From: Candidatus Bathyarchaeia archaeon
Lineage (GTDB): Archaea > Thermoproteota > Bathyarchaeia > Bathyarchaeales > Bathycorpusculaceae
Length of the DNA: 64,000 nucleotides
NCBI GenBank assembly: GCA_038727135.1
Contig: JAVYWL010000001.1
Coordinates: 416,001 to 480,000, forward strand
Reading direction: 5' to 3'
Below, piece after piece: positions 47,270 through 56,867 of the stretch. A program made the translations under genes and the position numbers. Below the pieces are notes generated by a model, which had not been told where the DNA came from, did no database searches, and saw only the letters and a list, made by a program, of their open reading frames with translations. The first letter of the stretch is position 1. Every line of letters starts with the position of its first letter.

Positions 47270-48313
47270 GTGACCCTTGCAGAAACTTTGGAAAAACTCT
47301 CAAACGCTTGCGGAGTAGCCGGGAGAGAGGAAGAAGTCAGAAAACTCATGAAAAACATGCTAAAGCCCTATGTGGACGAAGTTAAGGAAGACAAGCTTGG
47401 AAATGTTATAGGCGTTAAAAAGGGCAAAAAAGACGCGCCTAAGGTTATGCTAGCAGCTCATATGGACGAAATCGGACTGTTTGTCAAGACTATTTCAAAA
47501 GAGGGATTTCTCCAATTCACAAAAATCGGCGGCATAGACGATCGAATACTACTCGCCCAAAAAGTGATAGTCCACACGGAAAAAGGTCCCTTGCATGGAA
47601 TAATCGGCTCTAAGCCTCACCACATACAAAAGGAGGAGGAACGCAAAAAGGTCATGACCTACGACGAACTTTTCATAGACATCGGGGCGGAAAACCAGGA
47701 AGAAGCCAAAAAGATGGGCGTAAAAATCGGAGACCCTGTAAGCTTTGACATAAAATTCGCCAAAATGAGCGACGACATAGTTATCGGAAAAGCCTTCGAC
47801 GACCGAGTCGGCTGCGCAGTAATGGTTGAAGCAATGAAACAGCTCAAAGAGGCAGAATGCACAGTTTACGCTGTTGGAACAGTGCAAGAAGAGGTAGGCT
47901 TAAGAGGGGCAACAACAGCGGCATTTGGCATATACCCCGACGTGGGCATAGCCCTAGACGTTACCATAGCCGGCGACGTCCCAGGCGTAAAAGAGGTGGA
48001 AGCTCCGGTAAAGCTTCGGAAAGGTCCATCAATAACCGTTGCTGACTACGGGCTTATAACCCATCCAAAAGTTTTGCGGTTACTGGTTGACGTGGCAGAG
48101 GAAAACAAGATTCCATACCAACTTGAAACTGGTTTACAAGGCTCAACAGACGCTGCCCGCATATCCCTAACAAGGGAAGGAGTCCCTAGTGGCGTCATAT
48201 CGGTCCCGACACGCTACATTCACAGTCCGGCATCCCTATTAAGCCTAAAGGATGCTGAAAATGCCGTCAAGCTAACAGTGGCAGCCATCCAAAAAATTCC
48301 AAAATGCTTCTAA
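47270..48313 (+). CDS. M42 family (TET) aminopeptidase
   Basis: DKLGN, AAHMDEIG, KAFDDRVG, TVQEEVGLRGA, STDA, PTRYIHS. Confidence 0.95.
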   Translation: MTLAETLEKLSNACGVAGREEEVRKLMKNMLKPYVDEVKEDKLGNVIGVKKGKKDAPKVMLAAHMDEIGLFVKTISKEGFLQFTKIGGIDDRILLAQKVIVHTEKGPLHGIIGSKPHHIQKEEERKKVMTYDELFIDIGAENQEEAKKMGVKIGDPVSFDIKFAKMSDDIVIGKAFDDRVGCAVMVEAMKQLKEAECTVYAVGTVQEEVGLRGATTAAFGIYPDVGIALDVTIAGDVPGVKEVEAPVKLRKGPSITVADYGLITHPKVLRLLVDVAEENKIPYQLETGLQGSTDAARISLTREGVPSGVISVPTRYIHSPASLLSLKDAENAVKLTVAAIQKIPKCF

Positions 48314-48400
48314 ACTTCTTCATAAAATCGCCAATCCCCTTCATTTGTTGAACATAAAACAATTTAAAATCACAAGGCTTCTACTAATATCGACAAGGCT

Positions 48401-48838
48401 ATGCCAAGGAAAAGAAACTTTGAGTTTCTTGAACATATGGCAGACGCGTATATCGCTGCCTACGGAAGAGACCTAGCTGAAGCTTTTGAAAACGCTGCCG
48501 CCGCCATGTTTGAGGTGATGACAGACATTGAGAAGGTAAACTCTGAAAACGAGGATTATGTTGAAGTTGAAGCGGCAGATGAGCATGCCCTACTTTATAA
48601 CTGGCTTGAAGAACTCCTTGTTAAATCAGAGATCAACGAAATGCTATATTCAAAATTCAAAATATTTGAGATAGCCAAAACGGCAGATGGTTTTAGGCTC
48701 AAAGCCAAAATATGGGGTGAGAAGTTTAACCCAGAAAAGCACCCTCAGAAGGTTGGCGTCAAAGCTGTCACATACCATCAAATGGAGATAATTCGGGAGC
48801 CAGATAAGACAATTGTGAAGTTCATACTTGACATTTAA
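48401..48838 (+). CDS. Archease
   Basis: FEFLEHMADA, AFENAA, WLEELL, VKAVTYH, FILDI. Confidence 0.94.
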   Translation: MPRKRNFEFLEHMADAYIAAYGRDLAEAFENAAAAMFEVMTDIEKVNSENEDYVEVEAADEHALLYNWLEELLVKSEINEMLYSKFKIFEIAKTADGFRLKAKIWGEKFNPEKHPQKVGVKAVTYHQMEIIREPDKTIVKFILDI

Positions 48839-49491
48839 GCTAGACCCAGCCTCTTCAATCCTTTTAAAATCTCTTGGACTATAACTTCTGGCGGTGTTTC
48901 TAGTTTTTCGCATTTAACTTCCACAAACGGAACCCTTTTCTCTCTATAATAGTCTAGTAGGGGCTGTGTTTGCTTTTCATAAACCTCTATACGCTGTTTA
49001 ACAACTTCGGGCTTGTCGTCTGAACGCTGATATAATGGTCCGCCACAGTGGTCGCAAACCATGTCGTTTTTTGGCTTTAAGAAGAGTAGGTTGTAGATAG
49101 CTCCACAGTTTTTGCATATCCTCCTTGAGGACAAACGTTCAATAATTATCCAGTCAGGCACTATGAGGTGTATTATTGCGTCTATTTTGGCTATTTCGCC
49201 AAGAGCCTTGGCTTGCTCAGTTGTTCTAGGATAGCCATCTAAAATGAAGCCTTTGCTCTTTGGAATCTTAGCCAAGTTCTCCTTTAAAACTTCAAAGGTT
49301 ATGTCATCTGGGACAAGCAAGCCCTTCTCAACATAAGCTTTCACTTTTCTTCCTAACGGCGTATCCTCTTTTATCATTTCCCGAAATATGTCGCCGGTGG
49401 CTATGACTGCAACGTTAAGTACATCTTTTAACCTTGAGGCATACGTCCCTTTCCCTGATCCCGGCGCGCCAAAGATTATTAGATTGACCAT
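48835..49491 (-). CDS. adk: Adenylate kinase, bacterial-type with Zn-binding LID
   Basis: GAPGSGKGT, ATGDIFR, GLLVPD, ILDGYPRT, RRICKNCG...CDHCGG, QRSDD. Confidence 0.93.
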   Translation of the reverse strand: MVNLIIFGAPGSGKGTYASRLKDVLNVAVIATGDIFREMIKEDTPLGRKVKAYVEKGLLVPDDITFEVLKENLAKIPKSKGFILDGYPRTTEQAKALGEIAKIDAIIHLIVPDWIIIERLSSRRICKNCGAIYNLLFLKPKNDMVCDHCGGPLYQRSDDKPEVVKQRIEVYEKQTQPLLDYYREKRVPFVEVKCEKLETPPEVIVQEILKGLKRLGLA

Positions 49492-49575
49492 CGCTTAACC
49501 GTATCCTTTTTAGTAGTCTTGTAAGATATTAGAATAGAATTAAAAATATTTGCTATGACCAGCGTCCCAATTGGG

Positions 49576-50052
49576 TTAACGGATGAGGAAAGATATCTCT
49601 TTAACAAGCGTTTCCGGGATTACTGCTTTACCCTTCTTTTTGCTTAGCTTAACGAAACCCATTTTTCTGAGAACCTGCAAGTCCTGATAGACATTTTTCA
49701 CGTTGCGCCTCAATTTTTTAGCCAAATCGCTTATTGATTCCACTCTTAAAGTTGCCAACTGACAAAGTAGTTCCATCCTTTTTGGCGTGAGAGTCGCCAC
49801 TTGGTCTAGTTTAAGCTCTTTCACTTCCTCAACGGCATAGTCTAAGGTTCCCTCTTCTAAATATCCTTTATAACTGTCTATGAGTTCAGCCCACTCAAAA
49901 AAGGCTCTGGCAAATTTTGTGTTAAGCCTTCCTTTGAGGAATAATTCTTCAAACTTTTCAAAACTCATTCCAAACTCATGTTCGAAATTCTTAACTCTTT
50001 CAGCAACCTCTTCTGGTGTTAAGTTTCGAACAATCCTGATAAGCATAAACAA
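49576..50052 (-). CDS. Putative transcriptional regulator / antitoxin-like protein with C-terminal HTH
   Basis: N-terminal FEHEFGMSFEKF...FFEW; C-terminal LTPKRMELL..ESISDLAKKLRRNVKNVYQDLQVL. Confidence 0.75.
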   Translation of the reverse strand: MFMLIRIVRNLTPEEVAERVKNFEHEFGMSFEKFEELFLKGRLNTKFARAFFEWAELIDSYKGYLEEGTLDYAVEEVKELKLDQVATLTPKRMELLCQLATLRVESISDLAKKLRRNVKNVYQDLQVLRKMGFVKLSKKKGKAVIPETLVKEISFLIR

Positions 50053-50153
50053 TCATCGAAAGATAGAGTGTTTGCTTTCTTAAATTTTCACGCAAAACGT
50101 TTAAGGAGCACAGCAAAGCTTTAAACTTCACTAATAAAGGGATGTAGAAAAGA

Positions 50154-51071
50154 ATGAGTGTATCAAAGATAGACGAGCATATATTCATGATTGACGTTGC
50201 AGTAGCCGGGATACGACATTTTATTGCAAGCTATGTCTTGATAGGTGAAAAAATAGCCATAATCGAGACCGGCCCTACGTCTTCAATCCAAAATCTTGTT
50301 CGCAGCTTAACAAGTTTAGGCATAAAACCCGATAACGTTTCCTACATTGCCGTTTCACACGTTCACCTAGATCATGGTGGAGGCGTTGGCACTCTTGTGA
50401 AGCATTTTCCAAAAGCAAAGGTCATTGTCCATGAAAGGGGGGTGCCACACCTCGCAAATCCTGAAAAGCTTTGGCAACAGTCACAAATGGTCCTTGGAGA
50501 GTTGGCTGAAGTTTATGGGGAACCAGAACCAGTTCCAGCTGACCAAATAATTGCCGCAAAAGATGGCATGACTTTTGAGATTGGGAAAGGCATAGCACTG
50601 CAAGTTGTGGAAACACTCGGGCACGCCTCCCACCATTTAAGCTATTACGAGACGCAAAGCAATGGCATATTCGTGGGAGACGCTGCCGGAATTTATTTGA
50701 ATGATATAGACGTTATAGTTCCAACAACACCTTCGCCTTTCAGATTGGACTTGGCCCTGGCATCCCTGAAAAAGTTGGCGGATCTGGGACCTTCAGTTCT
50801 ATACTACACGCATTTTGGCAAAACGAAAAACGCTACGGAAAAACTCCACATGTATGCTGGGCAGCTTAGGCTTTGGGCTAACATTGCAAAACAATTATTG
50901 GATAAAGGTGAAGATTTAGAAAAAATTAGCCATAAAATTGCAGAAAATGATGGAGCCGTTAAAAAGGCTTTAGAGTATATTAAAGTGCACAGAGTTTTAG
51001 GTGAAACAGTTCTTAAAACAAGCGTTTTAGGCGTAGTGGAGTTTGTAAAGAATTTTGGGCTTCCATTTTAG
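50154..51071 (+). CDS. Metallo-beta-lactamase fold hydrolase
   Basis: SHVHLDHGGG, GHASHH, GDAAG, THFG. Confidence 0.92.
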   Translation: MSVSKIDEHIFMIDVAVAGIRHFIASYVLIGEKIAIIETGPTSSIQNLVRSLTSLGIKPDNVSYIAVSHVHLDHGGGVGTLVKHFPKAKVIVHERGVPHLANPEKLWQQSQMVLGELAEVYGEPEPVPADQIIAAKDGMTFEIGKGIALQVVETLGHASHHLSYYETQSNGIFVGDAAGIYLNDIDVIVPTTPSPFRLDLALASLKKLADLGPSVLYYTHFGKTKNATEKLHMYAGQLRLWANIAKQLLDKGEDLEKISHKIAENDGAVKKALEYIKVHRVLGETVLKTSVLGVVEFVKNFGLPF

Positions 51072-51136
51072 TTATTGGTTTATACGCCAAAATACTTTAT
51101 ATTTAGCGCTTGCTTGAGAGAGGCTTAGGTGAAATT

Positions 51137-52618
51137 ATGGGTGAAGAGGGCGAGGGAAGACCTCCGTCTGAAAAAGTTCCTCTTGAAAAGGTGAACGATT
51201 ATACTTGGCGTATCCCGAAATATAAACCTGGAATGCGGGTTCCAGGTATAATTTTTGCAGATAAAATGTTACTTGAGAAAATGCAGACAGACAGAACACT
51301 TGAACAGTGCGCTAATGTTGCCCACTTGCCAGGCATATACAAGTATTCTATAACTTTGCCGGATGGGCATGAGGGTTACGGTTTTCCAATTGGTGGTGTG
51401 GCGGCAACAGACCATAACGAGGGCGTAATTAGCCCGGGCGGGGTTGGCTACGACATAAACTGTGGTGTGCGCCTCCTAACAACAAACCTTTCAGAACAAG
51501 ATATTAAACCCAAACTTGTGCAGTTGACAAACGCTATTTTTGAAAACGTGCCATGCGGTCTTGGAAGTCGCAGAAAAGACTTCAAAGTGACAATTCATGA
51601 CTTGGACAGGCTTGCAATGGAAGGTGTCCAGTGGGTTATAGATCAGGGTTTGGGTTGGGACGAGGACGCGGAGCACTGCGAAGAGCATGGCTGCATGAAA
51701 AACGCCAACCCAGACAAGGTTTCGACAACTGCCAAGAACAGAGGGCTAACACAAATAGGCACGTTGGGTTCTGGAAACCACTTCTTAGAAATTCAAAAAG
51801 TTGACAAAATTTATGATGAGCGAACAGCCAAAGCCTTTGGAATAGAGCATGAGGGACAAGTAACTGTCATGATCCACTGCGGCTCCAGGGGCTTCGGACA
51901 TCAAATATGCTCAGACTATTTGCGGATCATGGAAAGGGCCGTCCACAAGTACAAGATAGTTTTGCCAGACAGAGAACTTGCATGCGCCCCCGGAAACAGC
52001 AATGAGGCTGAAGACTATTATGAGGCTATGGCATGCGCAGTAAACTATGCTTTTGCAAATAGGCAGGCAATAATGCATTGGGTCCGCCAAAGCTTCCAGC
52101 AAGTTTTCAAGGAAGACCCTGAAAAGTTCGGCCTTAAACTTGTCTATGACGTGGCACACAACATCGCAAAAATAGAAACTCATAGAGTTAATGGCGAACA
52201 GCGAAAAGTTTGGGTTCACAGAAAAGGCGCCACAAGAGCTTTTCCACCAGGACATCCAGAAATCCCAGCAGATTACAGAAGCGTCGGACAGCCGGTAATA
52301 ATACCCGGAAGCATGGGAACAAGCTCATGGGTTCTAGTCGGCACTGAAAAAGCCATGGAAATAAGCTTCGGCTCAACAGCACATGGGGCGGGCAGAATGC
52401 TAAGCCGAGCGGCCGCCAAACGAAGATTTTACGGCGGAGATGTAAAAAGGAGTCTTGAACAGCGGGGGATAGCCGTTAGAGCCGCCAGCGCAGTTGTGCT
52501 AGCCGAAGAGGCAGACCCCGCATACAAAAACGTGGACATAGTGGCAGACGTAAGCCACAAAGTCGGCATAGCCACAAAAGTCGCAAGACTCGTGCCACTA
52601 GCAGTTGTGAAAGGCTAA
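51137..52618 (+). CDS. rtcB: RNA-splicing ligase RtcB
   Basis: PDGHEGYGFPIGG, GYDINCG, GSGNHF, HCGSRG, DVAHN, HRKGAT, PGSMG, HGAGR, EEADPAYK. Confidence 0.97.
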   Translation: MGEEGEGRPPSEKVPLEKVNDYTWRIPKYKPGMRVPGIIFADKMLLEKMQTDRTLEQCANVAHLPGIYKYSITLPDGHEGYGFPIGGVAATDHNEGVISPGGVGYDINCGVRLLTTNLSEQDIKPKLVQLTNAIFENVPCGLGSRRKDFKVTIHDLDRLAMEGVQWVIDQGLGWDEDAEHCEEHGCMKNANPDKVSTTAKNRGLTQIGTLGSGNHFLEIQKVDKIYDERTAKAFGIEHEGQVTVMIHCGSRGFGHQICSDYLRIMERAVHKYKIVLPDRELACAPGNSNEAEDYYEAMACAVNYAFANRQAIMHWVRQSFQQVFKEDPEKFGLKLVYDVAHNIAKIETHRVNGEQRKVWVHRKGATRAFPPGHPEIPADYRSVGQPVIIPGSMGTSSWVLVGTEKAMEISFGSTAHGAGRMLSRAAAKRRFYGGDVKRSLEQRGIAVRAASAVVLAEEADPAYKNVDIVADVSHKVGIATKVARLVPLAVVKG

Positions 52619-52635
52619 ACCCAAATTTATTGCAG

Positions 52636-52713
52636 TGGCGGGCGGGGTGGGATTTGAACCCACGATCACAAGCTTAGGAGGCTTGCGCCCTATCCTTGCT
52701 AGGCTACCCGCCC
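52636..52713 (-). tRNA. tRNA-Arg(CCT), CCA encoded
   Basis: Reverse complement GGGCGGG...CAAGC-CTCCTAA-GCTTG...GGTTCAAATCC...CCCGCCCGCCA. Confidence 0.94.
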
Positions 52714-52806
52714 ACCCAAATAGAAAATAACAACAATCTCAACTTAAATGTATCTTGACACGGAAAACTTAAACATTGGAAAGCCTTTTGAGAATACTTG
52801 CCAGCG

Positions 52807-52926
52807 GCGGGGGTACCCGAGCCAGGTCTAAATAGGCTGTTAGGGGCGTAGACCAGCCTAGGATAAGGGGGAGGACTTAAGATCCTCTGGCGTAGGCCTT
52901 CGTGGGTTCAAATCCCACCCCCCGCA
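52807..52926 (+). tRNA. tRNA-Leu(TAA) with an about 35-nt non-canonical intron in the D-loop region
   Basis: GCGGGGG/CCCCCGC acceptor, GAGGA-CTTAAGA-TCCTC anticodon arm, long variable arm; extra sequence at about 52832-52866 forms TAGGCTG/CAGCCTA stem. Confidence 0.88.
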
Positions 52927-53212
52927 CTTCGATTAAAAAGCTCGGTTTTGCTGTCTTTTCCACGATACGTTTGCAAAGTGCCACATTATAGCCATTAAAT
53001 CTAATTAAGAAATTGAACAAATACCATTTTGAGGCAGTTGCAGATGTATACTTCCTTAGGTCGTGTTGGCTATCCCGTAGCTAAAATTAGACTCTTTATG
53101 TCCATTTTCTCTGCAGCCTTTTTCGGCTTCTTGCTATATTCGGCCTCAGTGTATCTCAAATGGTTTAATGTCCTTCGAGGATTTTATCTCTCCTTGGCAT
53201 TGTTGAGGTTTA

Positions 53213-53983
53213 TTGATGGGAGAGCTTGAAGCTCGAATTATAACCAACAAATTATTGAGGGAAACAGAAGTTATAGTGTGGCAAATACTTTTAATAAGCG
53301 CTGCTTTAATCGGTTTACCGCTCCTATTGGCATTAATCCTTTTTGAGGCTTCAGAGTTTTTACTTTTTGCAGCTTATCTAGTTTTGCCATTCGTCCCAGT
53401 TTATTCTGCCGCAAGCGGCTGGCGCTTTCACAGGTTTGAACAGCAAAACAAGGTTCAAGTTTTCATGTTCATTTACGGATTTAAGTTCTGGACGGAACCC
53501 ATCCTTAGCGATAGCGACAGATTATGCCATTTCATAAACGATGTGGCATCAAAGGATGCTCTAGCAATATTAAGCCAAGCAGGATACTCAAAAAAGTTAA
53601 TAGTTGCACTTCAAGAAAGGCAAGACATTGAAACGTCAACCAAGAAAGAACTGTCCAAAATTCTCCTAGTCATGAACAAATATAAACGTCAAATGTTGAC
53701 AGTATTTGCTGCGTTTTTAATCTCATGCTTTCTTCTTATAGTCTACTTTCTCGTTCTTGCGAGTACAAACATGTTTGGAATAGTGGAAATTGTAAACCAT
53801 AACGTAGTCTCGGGACAGGCTGCCAGCTTGATACTGTTATGTGTTCCAACATTCTCAGTGTTAGGCGGTGTCTTTATAGCAGCATGGCGTTTGAGAAAGC
53901 GGTATCGAAAGGTAATTTTAAGGATTTTGGAAAACTTAAACCTTGATAAGCTGTCTTCCATTTTATCGTACGACGAAATGTAG
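53213..53983 (+). CDS. Hypothetical membrane protein
   Basis: 256 aa, four hydrophobic segments, AT-rich, downstream of tRNA-Leu. Confidence 0.6.
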   Translation: MMGELEARIITNKLLRETEVIVWQILLISAALIGLPLLLALILFEASEFLLFAAYLVLPFVPVYSAASGWRFHRFEQQNKVQVFMFIYGFKFWTEPILSDSDRLCHFINDVASKDALAILSQAGYSKKLIVALQERQDIETSTKKELSKILLVMNKYKRQMLTVFAAFLISCFLLIVYFLVLASTNMFGIVEIVNHNVVSGQAASLILLCVPTFSVLGGVFIAAWRLRKRYRKVILRILENLNLDKLSSILSYDEM

Positions 53984-54009
53984 GTAATTGACGGGCTTAC
54001 TCTTTCTAA

Positions 54010-54591
54010 TTAAAACGGGTACCCTATGGTCTGAGCTAAAACTATTATTTGTTTTGGATTTAAGCCGACGGCTTTGCTGAAGGCTTCCTTGTCTATTAAT
54101 GCTCTAACAACGGTATTTATCCCTTCGGAGGCGCAGTACATGTAAACGTTTTGGGCTTTATGTCCAGCCTCCACATAAACCCACTTCAGTTTTTCTTCTT
54201 CTGAGGCTGGTCTTGGGAGGTTTTCCAGCTTTGCCATATCAGCAATATAGATTAGGTTTAATGGAGCATTGTACACGTATTCTTGTTTTCCAACAAGCCT
54301 TCTATAGTCGCCTTCAGCAACTGGCAGAAGTTGATGCCTAGTCGGGTCATATCGGTAGACGCCTTCAGGAAGCACCGCGTAAACATCTACGGGATGCTTG
54401 TCCATAGCCGAGGGTGCTGTTCGTTTGCCATCCTCCCGGTTTATGCCGTTAGCAGCCCAAAGAATCTCCGACAAGTGTTGAAGACTAAGCCTCTTATCTG
54501 AAAAGTTCCTTTCAGAACGCCTATTTTTTAGGGCTTGCATCACAGGAATTCCTTTGTCAAATCTTGGCGGGTTAAGTTTTATCGGTTCCAT
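54010..54591 (-). CDS. Nitroreductase family protein (SagB-like)
   Basis: ALKNRRSERNF, LWAANG, RTAPSA, EAGHKAQNVY, IGYP. Confidence 0.88.
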   Translation of the reverse strand: MEPIKLNPPRFDKGIPVMQALKNRRSERNFSDKRLSLQHLSEILWAANGINREDGKRTAPSAMDKHPVDVYAVLPEGVYRYDPTRHQLLPVAEGDYRRLVGKQEYVYNAPLNLIYIADMAKLENLPRPASEEEKLKWVYVEAGHKAQNVYMYCASEGINTVVRALIDKEAFSKAVGLNPKQIIVLAQTIGYPF

Positions 54592-54709
54592 GAAAAAGAG
54601 GTATCAGAATCCCCTATGAATTTAATTTTTCTCTGGCCGGCATTTCAGATTAAATATCGGATAAGCCTATAATCTACTAGATAGACCGCCAGTGACAGTG
54701 CCGTTAAAA

Positions 54710-55024
54710 ATGGATGACGCGACAAAGCGCATAGCCCAACAGCGAATTCAAACCCTTTTCCGTTTGGCTAGAGAAACCTATCAGGACGACCCGCTTTTGG
54801 CTCAGCGTTATGTGGATATAGCCCGCCGTGTGGCTATGGCAGCCAAAATTCGCCTCCCAGAAGAATACAGGCGCATGGTTTGCCGCCACTGCAAAGGTTT
54901 TATCTTGCCCGGTGTTAGCTGTCGTGTCCGCATAAAACAACGACGAGAACCCCATGTGGTCATCACGTGCCTAAAGTGCGGAAAACATATGCGTATACCC
55001 CTTAAAAGGAAGAGGAAAGAATGA
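54710..55024 (+). CDS. rnp4: RNase P protein Rpp21
   Basis: IAQQRIQTLF, AQRYV, VCRHC...ITCLKCG. Confidence 0.92.
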   Translation: MDDATKRIAQQRIQTLFRLARETYQDDPLLAQRYVDIARRVAMAAKIRLPEEYRRMVCRHCKGFILPGVSCRVRIKQRREPHVVITCLKCGKHMRIPLKRKRKE

Positions 55025-55314
55025 GCAAACTTACCAGTAAAATGAAACGCCGCATTAAAAGCGGGTTTGGAGAAGAAAAACCCACCATCTGGATTGGTAA
55101 AAAGCAAATCTCCAACGAGTTGATTAAAGAGGTCGAAAAGCAGCTTGAGAAAAGGAAAATAGTCAAAGTCAAAATTTTGAAAAGTGCCCTACAAGAGGCA
55201 AGAGCTAGCGAAATAGCCTCAGCGATTTCCAAGCAGACAGAAGCCGACTTGGTGGAGGTTAGAGGACACACCTTCATCCTTTACAAACGTAGAAGAAAAG
55301 CTCCAAAAGAGTGA
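55021..55314 (+). CDS. YhbY/CRM RNA-binding protein
   Basis: PTIWIGK, IVKVKIL, VRGHTFILY. Confidence 0.9.
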   Translation: MSKLTSKMKRRIKSGFGEEKPTIWIGKKQISNELIKEVEKQLEKRKIVKVKILKSALQEARASEIASAISKQTEADLVEVRGHTFILYKRRRKAPKE

Positions 55315-55371
55315 AAGCCTTTATATCGGGCTTGGTGAATTACTGAAGGAAAACAACGGAGAAAATGAGAA

Positions 55372-55839
55372 TTGCCAACTCCAAACGATGTGCCAGCACC
55401 AGAATTCATCCAAAAACTAGCCAACTATCTAAAGGAAAACGTCGATGAGGTGACGCCTCCAGCATGGGCAAGCATAGTTAAAACTGGTGCCCATACGCAG
55501 AGACCGCCTGACAACCCTGATTGGTGGTATGTACGATGCGCCTCGCTGTTACGGAAAATATACATTCATGGGCCGATAGGAATAGAGAGACTTCGCGCAG
55601 AGTATGGCGGCAGAAAAGACTTCGGCGTTAGACCAGAACACGCCGTCAAGGCGGGCGGAGCAATAATAAGAAAGGCCTTGCAACAGCTTGAGAACGCTGG
55701 GCTTGTTGAAAAGTTTCAGAACAAGGGAAGACGAATAACGAAGGAAGGGAGAAAACTTCTAGAGGAAATAGCTGAAGAAGTGAAGAAGGATTTGCTGAAG
55801 GAAATGCCGGAGCTGGAGAAATACCAGAAGAGTGAGTAA
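55372..55839 (+). CDS. rps19e: 30S ribosomal protein S19e
   Basis: [40 protein letters not shown]. Confidence 0.96.
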   Translation: MPTPNDVPAPEFIQKLANYLKENVDEVTPPAWASIVKTGAHTQRPPDNPDWWYVRCASLLRKIYIHGPIGIERLRAEYGGRKDFGVRPEHAVKAGGAIIRKALQQLENAGLVEKFQNKGRRITKEGRKLLEEIAEEVKKDLLKEMPELEKYQKSE

Positions 55840-55841
55840 GA

Positions 55842-56171
55842 ATGTCGGAGGAAGAGCTTGAAGAACTTCGTCAGAAAAAACTTTTGGCGCTCCAGCGAAG
55901 GATAGCCGAAGAACAGCGAAGAGCTCAGATGGAACAGCAGCTTGAAATGCAAAAACAAGCTATATTAAAGAGCATTCTTACGCCGGAAGCGAGACAAAGG
56001 TTAGCAAACCTGAAACTTGTTAAGCCAGAGTTTACAGCGCAGCTGGAACTTCAGCTAATCCAGCTAGCCCAAATGGGAAAACTGCCAATACCCCTAACCG
56101 ACGAGCAGCTCAAGCAAATACTGATTCAGCTGCAGGCCCAAAAGCGTGAAATAAAGATAAGGAGGGTTTAG
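55842..56171 (+). CDS. PDCD5-like DNA-binding protein
   Basis: [34 protein letters not shown]. Confidence 0.93.
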   Translation: MSEEELEELRQKKLLALQRRIAEEQRRAQMEQQLEMQKQAILKSILTPEARQRLANLKLVKPEFTAQLELQLIQLAQMGKLPIPLTDEQLKQILIQLQAQKREIKIRRV

Positions 56172-56172
56172 T

Positions 56173-56328
56173 ATGGCTAGATTCAAGCCCCCAGCCAAAA
56201 AGAGGAGACTGGCAAAAGCTGGAAAACAGAAAAGGGCTGTTCCAACATGGGTTATAGCAAAGACCGCTGGAAAATTTAGAACTCATCCAAAAAGAAGACA
56301 TTGGAGAACCCGCAAAATAAAAGCCTAA
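56173..56328 (+). CDS. rpl39e: 50S ribosomal protein L39e (below the ORF-track size cutoff)
   Basis: Manual translation [51 protein letters not shown]; conserved position before L31e. Confidence 0.95.
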   Translation: MARFKPPAKKRRLAKAGKQKRAVPTWVIAKTAGKFRTHPKRRHWRTRKIKA

Positions 56329-56331
56329 AAG

Positions 56332-56865
56332 GTGAAAGGCATGAAGACAGAAAAAGCTGAAGAAAAGGCAAGCGAGGAAGTTAGGGAAGAAGCCAGCAAA
56401 GGAGAAACCAAACAGAAAGAAGAGAGAATAGTCGAAGAGGCGAAAGAGGAGACTGCAGAGAAACCTTTAGAGGAAGAATTAGAGAAGGGTGAAGCTGAAA
56501 AACCGTTAGAAGAGGAAGCAGCCGAAGAAGAGGTTAAGCCTCCAAGAGAGGAAATTGAAGAAGAAATCGTTGAAGAAAGATTTTACACAATACCGCTTGG
56601 TAAGGCTTGGCTTGTGCCCCCGAACAAGAGGGCGCCAAAAGCCATTAGGATAATACGGGATTTTATTAAGAGGCATATGAAGCTTGAAGCAAAAAGAGAG
56701 GGTGAGGAAGAGGAGGAAGCCGAGCCTAAAAAGCTCATAATAAGTAATGAGGTAAATGAAAAAGTTTGGAGCAGGGGCATAGAAAAGCCTCCACGGAAAA
56801 TACGTGTAAGAGCTGCCAGAGATAAGGATGGAAACGTTACTGTTTATTTGGCTGAAGGAGACTGA
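56332..56865 (+). CDS. rpl31e: 50S ribosomal protein L31e with long acidic N-terminal extension
   Basis: ERFYTIPL, KRAPKAI, RHMK, VNEKVWSRGIEKPPRKIRV. Confidence 0.92.
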   Translation: MKGMKTEKAEEKASEEVREEASKGETKQKEERIVEEAKEETAEKPLEEELEKGEAEKPLEEEAAEEEVKPPREEIEEEIVEERFYTIPLGKAWLVPPNKRAPKAIRIIRDFIKRHMKLEAKREGEEEEEAEPKKLIISNEVNEKVWSRGIEKPPRKIRVRAARDKDGNVTVYLAEGD

Positions 56866-56867
56866 GC

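Noticed and set aside
54010-54591. SagB-like dehydrogenase as part of a RiPP cluster
   Set aside because: No YcaO, precursor peptide or transporter nearby; stand-alone nitroreductases are common
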